32,000 nt of DNA from contig NC_013964.1 of assembly GCF_000025685.1 (NCBI RefSeq), positions 30,001 to 62,000 of the forward strand, in the 5' to 3' direction. Every line of letters starts with the position of its first letter. Positions within the stretch are counted from its first letter, which is position 1. Below the pieces are notes generated by a model that had not been told where the DNA came from, made no database searches, and saw nothing but the letters and a program-made list of their open reading frames with translations. The translations under genes and the position numbers were made by a program. This DNA is from Haloferax volcanii DS2 (GTDB taxonomy: Archaea > Halobacteriota > Halobacteria > Halobacteriales > Haloferacaceae). Shown here piece after piece: positions 15,745 to 23,565 of this stretch.

Positions 15745-16366
15745 GTCGGGAGAACGAGGCGCTGTGAACGCGGACTGTCGTTGAGGCGGGACCGCGGATG
15801 CTCTCGCAGCAGATACCTGTTTCACCAGCGGCCCCTTCGTCTCGGTGGACTGGCCGGCCGCCTCCCGTTGTCGGCAGTCTCTCGAACAGGGGTTTCACCA
15901 CGACCACCACTGTCCGTCCCTCGACTATCTCTCTTTCCTCAGTGGTTTTTCTTTTGAATCACAATATTGGAAGCGGTGAACTTCCGTTCCCATCTCATCA
16001 CCGCTCGTCTCTCGCCTTTACTTTTCTTCCACCTCTCCGTCGAAACAACATCCAGTGTTGTTCGGATGTTCTTGAAACTCCGGATTAACGCCCTTTGTGT
16101 CCTGATCGCTGTCTTCCCTGTCGTGTCTGTGACTGCTGGTTTCGTCTCGTAGCGTTGGCAGCGACTGGCAAGTGTAGACGCTTCCTCCTGCTGTTGTCGT
16201 GCAATTAATACGCACTACCATGTTGGATGTCTTTGACCCATCGTTCAGTTTCCGGCCCTCGCTCGTCGTGACTCGTAGTCGAGGACGAACGGTTGGCTCC
16301 ACGGTGGTGACTCGGCATCGGGGAGCGCCGTCGGCGGAGCCGACGTTTCGAGGCCCGCTCAGCGGG

Positions 16367-18205
16367 TCAGTCGTCCGCCGTGCCCGTCTGACTCGCGCCG
16401 TCCGGTCGCTCGTCCGCGACTTCGTAGAGCGCGTTCGTCACCGTTCCGTGTTCGGAAGCGTGCGGACGACCGGGGGAGTCGTCGTAGCCGTAGTCGAAGA
16501 TGCGGTTCCGGTTGAGACTGAGCTTCGTGAACTCCGGTCGGAGCAGGTCGAACAGGTCGAATCGCGATTGGAGTTCGGGGAACTGCGCTTGATAGTCGAG
16601 AACCGCGCGTCGCGCGTGCGTCCAGAACTCCCGTTCGGGGTACGACTCGTGTTCTTCGAGCACGTCGGCGACGTACCGGAGGACGCAGACGAACAGCCCG
16701 GAGAAGATAAACTGACAGAGCCCTTCGGGCGGCTCTTTCCGAAGCACGTCGTGCACGTCGTCGGGGAGCGATTCCAACTCCGGGAGCGACTGGTCGCTCA
16801 CGTTCACGTCGTCCGCGAAGTCCTTGACCGCGAGTCGCGTGGGGACGCCGTCTTCGACGACGAGGATGGTGTTTTGGCCGTGCGGGGAGAACACCGTTCC
16901 GTAGCGATAGAGGAAGTGCAGGAGCGGCGGCAAGACGGTGTCGAAGAACTCGCCCAGCCACTCGTCGAGGCTGAGCCCCGACTGTTCGACCAGCCGCGAG
17001 ACGAAGGGTTCGCCCGCACCGTCGACGTGCATCAGCGACGAGAGCGTAATCGCCCGTTCGTCGTCTTCGAGGAACGTGTAGATGGACTCCCGCCAGACCG
17101 CGCCCAGCAGTTCGTGGTACTGGTACGGCGACCCGTCGATGTCGGTGAAGTCCGCGTGGTCGTAGTTGAGCCCCGCAATCTCGCCGGGGAGAATCAACCC
17201 CTGCTCTTGGAGGAAGTCGTCTCGCTCGTAGATGCCTTTGATGTACTCCGTGACCGTCGGCGCGAGTTCGGTCCGCTCGCCGGGAAGCCCCCGCCAGACG
17301 AGCGTGTTGAGAATCCGCATCGGAACTTTCACGTGGTGTTTCTCGGCGTCGTCGACGTTGACGAAGGTCCGGACCGACTGTTGCGGGAGGTACTCGTCCG
17401 GCCCGTCGCCGAGCGGGACGATATCGCCGGCCGCGATGTGGTCGGGAAACAGCGGGACGACGGTGTGTTCCCACTGCCAGTCGTGCACCGGCATGAAGAA
17501 GTAGGCGTCCGGGTCGTACCCCTTCGCGTCGAGGCGGCTTCGGAAGCGCTCGTAGTGATCACCGAGTTCGCCGCTGACGAGCGAGTCGTGGTCGACCCCT
17601 TCGGCTCCGACGAACGTCGCGTGCTCCTTGCGGACCGCCGCCCACGAGAGCGTCACCGGCGCTTTGCGCTCGGGCGCGTACCGCTTGTAGTCGTCGTACC
17701 CCCAGCCGAGTCGCCCCTTGTTGTACGTAATCCACGGGTGGCCCTCCATCTCGCCTTCGAGGCGGGCGTAGTCGAGGTCCGTCGGGTCGAAGCCCCCCCG
17801 GTCCCGCTTTCGCGACTCGATGTGGGCGTCCGCGAGCAGCGTCCGCTTGTACTCGCGGACGAGGTTCCCCTCGGTCAGGCCGTCGAGGTCGGTCGTCTCT
17901 CCGAGGTCGCGAAGCAGTCGAAGGGGGTCACGGAGCGACTCCCACGTCCCGTCGGCCCGCCGCTCGACCGTGTCGCCGTAGACGTGGAGGCTGTCCATCA
18001 GCCGGTCGGCGGCCTCGAACCGGTAGCTCACCTCGCCGAGGTCGAACCGGTAGCCGTGGCGGTCGTCGCCGGCGTCGACCTTCCGCGGCTCGATTATCTC
18101 CTCGTAGGCGAACTCTTCGAGCATCTTCGTCAGGAGGCGGCGTTCGACCGTCTCCCAGACGTCTGCGTCCAGTGCGTCCCGTAGCGTGGTGTCGTTCGGA
18201 TTCAT
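16367..18205 (-). CDS. iucC: NIS siderophore synthetase, IucA/IucC family (IucC/RhbF-like)
   Basis: The IucA/IucC family sequence includes HPWITYNKGRLGW, HVKVPMRILNT and FSPHGQNT. Start set at ATG 18205 (MNPNDTTL...), 8 nt after the iucD stop. The 60 upstream codons of the track ORF overlap iucD and are Arg-rich. Confidence 0.85.
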   Translation of the reverse strand: MNPNDTTLRDALDADVWETVERRLLTKMLEEFAYEEIIEPRKVDAGDDRHGYRFDLGEVSYRFEAADRLMDSLHVYGDTVERRADGTWESLRDPLRLLRDLGETTDLDGLTEGNLVREYKRTLLADAHIESRKRDRGGFDPTDLDYARLEGEMEGHPWITYNKGRLGWGYDDYKRYAPERKAPVTLSWAAVRKEHATFVGAEGVDHDSLVSGELGDHYERFRSRLDAKGYDPDAYFFMPVHDWQWEHTVVPLFPDHIAAGDIVPLGDGPDEYLPQQSVRTFVNVDDAEKHHVKVPMRILNTLVWRGLPGERTELAPTVTEYIKGIYERDDFLQEQGLILPGEIAGLNYDHADFTDIDGSPYQYHELLGAVWRESIYTFLEDDERAITLSSLMHVDGAGEPFVSRLVEQSGLSLDEWLGEFFDTVLPPLLHFLYRYGTVFSPHGQNTILVVEDGVPTRLAVKDFADDVNVSDQSLPELESLPDDVHDVLRKEPPEGLCQFIFSGLFVCVLRYVADVLEEHESYPEREFWTHARRAVLDYQAQFPELQSRFDLFDLLRPEFTKLSLNRNRIFDYGYDDSPGRPHASEHGTVTNALYEVADERPDGASQTGTADD

Positions 18206-18213
18206 CGGTATCG

Positions 18214-19587
18214 TTAGTCGTCTTGCGTCGGCGTGGGTGGTGTCTCGCTTCCCTCGGCGCGGGAAGCGTTCGGTGCGTGGTCGAGGAACTGCGCCACCGA
18301 GAAGTCCTGAAAGACCGTGTCGACGTCGTCGGGATACACCTCGCGGCCGACGAGCCGGTTGACGAACTTCGCGTTCCGGTAGCAACCGAGGCCGAGGTCC
18401 GGGACCCCGACGCCGTGGGTGTGGACCTCGGCGTTCTGGAGGAACACGTCACCCGGTGCGTCGACCGCGAGCCGGTGGTCTTCGGTCACGCCGAACCGCC
18501 CCTGTTCGTCCCAGTCGATGGCGTCTTCCAGCGGTTCGAGGAACGCTGGAATCGGTCGCTCGTAGCCCGTTCCGAGAATCACGACCTCGCTCTCGTGGAC
18601 GAACGACTCCTCGGCCTGCCACTGGTGACAGTCGAGGGCGTACGCGTCGTTGACGGCCTCGATGTCGCGGACTTCGGTCATCGCAAACAGCCCCACGTCG
18701 GGGTCGCGGCCGCCGACGGAGCGCCGGTAGAGCAGGTCGTAAATCTCGGCGCTCGTCTCCGGGTCGATGCCCTTGTACAGCAGGTCCTGATTCGGGATGA
18801 GGTCGTCTTTCACCGCCTGCGGCAGGTCGTAGACGTACCGCTCGTACTCGGGGGTGAAGTGCTGGAGGCCGAGCTTCGAGTACTCCATGGGGAAAAACCC
18901 GTCAGAGCGAGTCAGCCAATCGAGCCGGTAGCCGTGGTCGGGCTGGCGCTCCAGGAGGTCCTGAAACACCTCGGCGGCACTCTGCCCGGACCCGACGACG
19001 GTGACCGTGTCCGCCTCCCCGACGCGCTCGCGGGAACCACGATACCGCGCCGTGTGGAACACGTCTTCGGTCGGGTGTCCACGGAGGTGTTTGGGGACGT
19101 GCGGCCGGGAGCCGATGCCGAGCGCGAGGTTCTCGGCGCGGTACTCGAAGCGGTCGCCGGTGTCCGGATTCCGCGCGGTGACCGCGTACCACTCCTCGCG
19201 GTCGTCCCAGCGAACCTCGGTCACTTCGCGTTCGAACCGGCAGGCGTCGAGTCGGTCGGCCACCCACCGGAGGTAGTCGTTGTACTCCCGCCGGGGAATC
19301 TGGAACGTCTCGTAGAAGTAGAACTCGTAGACGCGGCCGGTCTCCCGCAGGTAGTTGAGGTAGCTGTGGGGGCTCGTCGGGTCGGCCAGCGTCACGAGGT
19401 CCGCGAGGAACGGCACTTCCAGCGTCGTCCCCTCGATGAGCATCCCCTCGTGCCACGCGAACTCGGCGTCCCGTTCGAGGAACGCCGCGTCCACGTCCTC
19501 GGGCGCGCCGTCAAGCAGGGCCGCCAGCCCGAGGTTGAACGGGCCGAGACCGATTCCGACCACGTCGCGGACGCGGGGCTCGCTCAT
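18214..19587 (-). CDS. iucD: flavin-dependent amine N-hydroxylase (IucD/RhbE-like; lysine/ornithine N-monooxygenase family)
   Basis: N-terminal FAD motif VGIGLGPFNLGLA, a second dinucleotide motif VVGSGQSAAE, and a family-typical C-terminus. Start at ATG 19587 inside the 742-aa track ORF. It overlaps the iucB stop by 4 nt (ATGA). Confidence 0.85.
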   Translation of the reverse strand: MSEPRVRDVVGIGLGPFNLGLAALLDGAPEDVDAAFLERDAEFAWHEGMLIEGTTLEVPFLADLVTLADPTSPHSYLNYLRETGRVYEFYFYETFQIPRREYNDYLRWVADRLDACRFEREVTEVRWDDREEWYAVTARNPDTGDRFEYRAENLALGIGSRPHVPKHLRGHPTEDVFHTARYRGSRERVGEADTVTVVGSGQSAAEVFQDLLERQPDHGYRLDWLTRSDGFFPMEYSKLGLQHFTPEYERYVYDLPQAVKDDLIPNQDLLYKGIDPETSAEIYDLLYRRSVGGRDPDVGLFAMTEVRDIEAVNDAYALDCHQWQAEESFVHESEVVILGTGYERPIPAFLEPLEDAIDWDEQGRFGVTEDHRLAVDAPGDVFLQNAEVHTHGVGVPDLGLGCYRNAKFVNRLVGREVYPDDVDTVFQDFSVAQFLDHAPNASRAEGSETPPTPTQDD

Positions 19588-20225
19588 CGGCCCACCTCCG
19601 TCTCCGCATTCTCGGCCACCGTGTCGAAGAAGCGGTCGCGCTCGCAGTGCATCAACAGCGCCTCCTTGTCGGGGAGGTCGATGCGCCCCTGCGGCTCGTA
19701 GCCGCATCGCTCGAAGACGTGGATGACCCGCTCGTTTCGCACGTCCGGTTCGCTGACGACGCGAGTCGCGCCGGTCGCGCGGAACTGAAACGCCGTCATC
19801 GCCCGCAAGAGCGGTATCGAGTGGCCGTGTCCGAGATACTCCGGCGGCCCGATGAGAAGGTGGACGCCGCGGTCTTCGGGGGCGGCGTCGTAGCACGTGG
19901 CGACCACGTCGTCGGCCGCGCGGTACGCCTCCCAGTAGCTCATGGGGGTGTGGTCGAGCAGGCCGACGTACGGCGTGAGATGGTCGTCGGCCAACTTCTC
20001 GTCGAGTTTCGCCCGAAACGCCGGCTTCGGAAGGTCGAGTTGCCAGTACGGCTTCACGTGGTCCGAGCCGAGCCACGCGTGAAGGCGGTCGACGTCCAGC
20101 GCCGGGTCGACTTCCGCGAAGGCGATGGTCCGGTCGATGGTCTCGTCGCGGACGCGATACGCGTATTCGCGGCCGGCGTCGGCAGTCGCCGCGTTCGCGG
20201 TCGCGGTCGCCGGTGCGTCGGTCAT
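19584..20225 (-). CDS. iucB: siderophore N-acetyltransferase (IucB/RhbD-like, GNAT-related)
   Basis: Start at ATG 20225 (MTDAPATAT...), forming an ATGA overlap with the iucA stop. The sequence (HLLIGPPEYLGHGH, RVVSEPDVRNERVIHVFERCGY) is typical of siderophore-biosynthesis acetyltransferases. Confidence 0.8.
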   Translation of the reverse strand: MTDAPATATANAATADAGREYAYRVRDETIDRTIAFAEVDPALDVDRLHAWLGSDHVKPYWQLDLPKPAFRAKLDEKLADDHLTPYVGLLDHTPMSYWEAYRAADDVVATCYDAAPEDRGVHLLIGPPEYLGHGHSIPLLRAMTAFQFRATGATRVVSEPDVRNERVIHVFERCGYEPQGRIDLPDKEALLMHCERDRFFDTVAENAETEVGR

Positions 20226-22003
20226 GGCGCTGGCACCTCCAGTTCCGTGACGAGCGGGTTGTCGATGTCGGCGTACACCGACTGGTTCGCCAGCGACCCC
20301 TCCAGCTCGTCCATGTCGTGGAACCGCGTGAGCAGGTTCGCCTTGCACGGAATCGTCGGGTTGGTGAGGAGGTCGTCGAGCAGCGACGACGACGGCCGGT
20401 CGTACTCACGGAGCGATTCGAGTTCGTCGCGGAGGACGCCAAGGAGGCGTCGCTCGTCCACCAGTCCGGCCGTGCCGAAGGCGTTGACGAGGCCGAAGGC
20501 GTTGTTGATGACGACGTAGTACCGGATGCGCTCGTCGGCGACGGCGTCCGGACAGACCGTGTCGGCGCGCTCGCCGATGCCGGGCAGGAGCGCGTCCACC
20601 TCGTCGTACATCGACTCGGGGAGGTAGTAGCCCTGATTGTCGCGGTAGCGGAACGTCTCGGGATAGCCCCCGTCGAGGGTCAGCACGCTGTTTTGCTGGT
20701 GGGCCTCGACGCCCAGCCCGCGTTCGAGATACAGCCACAGCACCGGTCGAACCGACAGTTCGAGATACTGTCTGAACCAGTCTTCTGCGACCGCCGGAGT
20801 GGCCCGTCCCTCGTGGTCGGCGATGCCCTCCACGAGCGTCGCCAGCCGCGACGACCCGTCGTCGAGGTGGTCCTGACAGAGGCCGACCACGGGCGTCGCG
20901 TTCGCCGCCGCGTTGCCGCGGAAGGGATTCTCGCGCAGGACCGTCTCGAAGCCGGACTCGCCGTCGCCGAGGTCGACCGTCAGATACGCCGGGTCGCGGA
21001 CGACGTCGAACGCCGGGAACCGGGATTCGAGGTCGCCGCCGAGTTCGGTGTCCAGCAGTTCGGTGATGGCGACGCCGCGCTCCAGTTCCGGGAGCTTGTT
21101 CGTCCGCTCGGAGTTGGTGACTTTGACGTTCAGCGACCCCTTGACCATGAACGGCGCGTCCGGGGCGTACAGCGTCCGCACCGACGAGGTAGGGTAGAAC
21201 TCCCGGCCGACTTGGCCGACGTATTCGAGGCCGTCGCCGAGGTGCGCTTGCACCTCGGGTTGCGAGCGGAGGTAGTCCGCCTGCCACGGGTGGACGGGAA
21301 GCAGCACCTCGTCGCCCTCGACGTGTTCGGTGACGAACGACTCGGGGACCGAGTCGTCCGCGCGGAGGGCCGACTTGACCCACTCGGCCGCCGACTCCTC
21401 GCGAGTGGAGTTCTGCGAGACGAACTCGGGGTCGGCGCTGAAGTATGCCAGCGGGAACGACCCGCGGAGTTCGGGCGCGTAGGCCCGCGACTCGTGAGCC
21501 GGGATACCCTGTCTGCTCTTGGGCGTCGGGTGGAGCGGGTGGCCGAAGACGAGCGACTGTTCGGCGTCGCGGAAGGTGGTGTCGAAGCCGTACAGTCGCT
21601 CCTCGTCGCCGCGCCGGGCCTCGACGAACCGCTCGATGTTCTGGCAGCTCTTGACGACCCGCAGGAGCAGTTCGTCGGCCGCGCCGGTTTCGTCGCGGTC
21701 GAGTCTGAGTTCGCTCGTGACGAGCGTCACGAGCACGGTGTAGTCGAGGGGGAACGTCTCGCCATCGGGAAGCCGGTAGACGCCGGGCAGGTCGAACTGG
21801 TGGCGACCCGTCGGCGACCGGTACGAAAGCGGGACGTAGAGGTCCACGCCCTGCTGAGAGAGCGGCGCGTGGACGACTACCTCGGCGTCCGCCTCGACCG
21901 GCACGTCCCCGGCTGGGACGACGGCGTAGTCCCCGGTCTCCCGGAGGTAGCAGTTCAGGAAGCTGTGTATCGTCGCTGACTCGGCTGTGTCGTTCGGATT
22001 CAT
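20222..22003 (-). CDS. iucA: NIS siderophore synthetase, IucA/IucC family (IucA/RhbC-like)
   Basis: IucA/IucC motifs include GHPLHPTPKSR, MVKGSLNVKVTNS and EAHQQNSV. Start at ATG 22003 (MNPNDTAES...), overlapping the bdb stop (ATGA). Confidence 0.85.
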   Translation of the reverse strand: MNPNDTAESATIHSFLNCYLRETGDYAVVPAGDVPVEADAEVVVHAPLSQQGVDLYVPLSYRSPTGRHQFDLPGVYRLPDGETFPLDYTVLVTLVTSELRLDRDETGAADELLLRVVKSCQNIERFVEARRGDEERLYGFDTTFRDAEQSLVFGHPLHPTPKSRQGIPAHESRAYAPELRGSFPLAYFSADPEFVSQNSTREESAAEWVKSALRADDSVPESFVTEHVEGDEVLLPVHPWQADYLRSQPEVQAHLGDGLEYVGQVGREFYPTSSVRTLYAPDAPFMVKGSLNVKVTNSERTNKLPELERGVAITELLDTELGGDLESRFPAFDVVRDPAYLTVDLGDGESGFETVLRENPFRGNAAANATPVVGLCQDHLDDGSSRLATLVEGIADHEGRATPAVAEDWFRQYLELSVRPVLWLYLERGLGVEAHQQNSVLTLDGGYPETFRYRDNQGYYLPESMYDEVDALLPGIGERADTVCPDAVADERIRYYVVINNAFGLVNAFGTAGLVDERRLLGVLRDELESLREYDRPSSSLLDDLLTNPTIPCKANLLTRFHDMDELEGSLANQSVYADIDNPLVTELEVPAP

Positions 22004-23565
22004 GCGTGTCGGTCGTCGGTCGTCGGTTCGAGAGCGGTTCCGCGGTCCGAAATCTCGCGCAGGAGGTCTCGGAGGTCCTCGCGCGTCGTTCGGGGGTTCA
22101 GGAGCGTCAGCTTCAGACACGTCTCGCCGTCGACGGTGGTGCGGGCCACCACGGCCTCGCCGTCGTCGAGGAGGGAGTCGCGGATGGCCTCGTTCAGGTC
22201 GTCGGCGCTCGGGCCGTTGACCGGGCCGTCGGCCGGGCCGCCGCCGTCTCGTCCGTGGTCGGGGACGTACCGGAACACGACGACGTTCAGGTCGGAGTCG
22301 TGGACGAGCCGCAGGTCGGGGTCGGCCTCGACGAGCCTCGCGGCGTCGGCGGCGAGGTCGATGGTGTACTCGACCATCGACGCCAGCCCCTCGCGGCCGA
22401 GCGCCTGCATCGTCACGAACGGTTTGAGCGCGTCGAATCGCCGGGTGGTCTGGACCGACTTCGAGACGAGGTTCGGCACGCCCGCGTCGTCGTCGCGCAC
22501 GGGGTTCAGATAGGCCGCGTTGCGGTCGATGAGGTCGTACGCCGACGCGTCGCGGACGAGCACCGCGCCGCAGCTAATCGGTTGGTAGAACAGCTTGTGG
22601 AAGTCGACCGCGACGGAGTCCGCGGCCTCGATGCCGGCGAGCTTGTCGGCGTGGTCGTCGCTCAGGGCGAGCGCGCCGCCCCACGCGGCGTCGACGTGGT
22701 ACCAGCAGTCGAGTTCGGCCGCGCGCTCGGCCAGCGGGCCTAACGGGTCGATGCTTCCGAAGTCCGTCTTTCCGGCGGTGGCGACGATTGCGAACGGGCG
22801 TTTCCCGCGCTCGCGGAGGTCCGCCACCGCCTCGTCGAACGCCGCCATCGACAGGCGGCGGTCGTCGTCGGTCGGGACGGTGACGACGGCGTTCTCGCCG
22901 AGGCCGAGGTGCGAAGCGGCCTGCGTGGCGGTGAAGTGGGCGTCGGCCGAACAGAGGATGCGCAGGTCCCGCGCCTCCGGCGGTAGCCCCTCGTGCTGGA
23001 CGTCGACGCCGTACTCCTCCAAAACGACCTTGTTGCGGGCGAGGAGCAGGCCGACGAAGTTCGACTGCGTGCCGCCGCTCGTGAACACGCCGTCGCCGTC
23101 CTCGTAGCCGAACAGGTCGCACAGCTCCCCGACGAACCGCCGTTCGAGCTGCGTCGCGGCGGGGCTCTGGTCCCACGAGTCCATCGACTGGTTCGTCGCC
23201 GTCAGGAGCGCTTCGGCCGCGAGCGCCGGAATCGTCGGCGGACACTGGAGGTGCGCGATGCAGGTCGGGTCGGACACGCCGACCGAGTTTCGCAGAATCG
23301 GCTCGGTGCGGTCGAGCGCCGCGGCCACGCCGTCGCCCTCGTGGGGCAGCATCTCGAACCGGGCGAGCGCGTCGTCGACTTCTTCGGGCGTCGCCCCCGA
23401 GTACGGCGTCGCCTCCGCGGCGAACTCGTCGAGGACGAGGTCGCACGCCCGCCGCATCGCGTCGCGGTAGCGCGCCCGGTCGTCGTCGTCGCCGCTCAGG
23501 AACCACTTCGCGGCGTCCGGTCGCGGGTCGCGGCGCTCGCCGTCGACATCGCCCACGCCGTTCAT
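22000..23565 (-). CDS. bdb: L-2,4-diaminobutyrate decarboxylase (group II PLP-dependent decarboxylase, RhbB-like)
   Basis: Group II decarboxylase sequence with the PLP-lysine context SVAVDFHKLFYQP. Start at ATG 23565 (MNGVGDVDG...), overlapping the dat stop (ATGA). Confidence 0.85.
   Translation of the reverse strand: MNGVGDVDGERRDPRPDAAKWFLSGDDDDRARYRDAMRRACDLVLDEFAAEATPYSGATPEEVDDALARFEMLPHEGDGVAAALDRTEPILRNSVGVSDPTCIAHLQCPPTIPALAAEALLTATNQSMDSWDQSPAATQLERRFVGELCDLFGYEDGDGVFTSGGTQSNFVGLLLARNKVVLEEYGVDVQHEGLPPEARDLRILCSADAHFTATQAASHLGLGENAVVTVPTDDDRRLSMAAFDEAVADLRERGKRPFAIVATAGKTDFGSIDPLGPLAERAAELDCWYHVDAAWGGALALSDDHADKLAGIEAADSVAVDFHKLFYQPISCGAVLVRDASAYDLIDRNAAYLNPVRDDDAGVPNLVSKSVQTTRRFDALKPFVTMQALGREGLASMVEYTIDLAADAARLVEADPDLRLVHDSDLNVVVFRYVPDHGRDGGGPADGPVNGPSADDLNEAIRDSLLDDGEAVVARTTVDGETCLKLTLLNPRTTREDLRDLLREISDRGTALEPTTDDRHA

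Noticed and set aside
16018-16302. A 94-aa ORF (minus strand) inside the xacR-iucC spacer, and the small plus-strand ORFs 15798..16088 and 15967..16152.
   Set aside because: Third-position GC is only moderate, unlike the strongly GC3-biased genes around it. I recognise no motif. The plus-strand ORFs need a TTG start or are Pro/Ser-rich. I keep the region as a non-coding anomaly rather than calling genes, although a foreign small gene cannot be excluded.
18214-20442. The single 742-aa ORF suggests one large protein spanning iucD and iucB.
   Set aside because: Only the C-terminal 457 aa (from MSEPRVRDVVGIGLGPFN) look like a flavin N-hydroxylase. The N-terminal 285 codons are Arg/Pro-rich and overlap the real acetyltransferase gene in another frame. 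The ATGA junction at 19584-19587 marks the true start.
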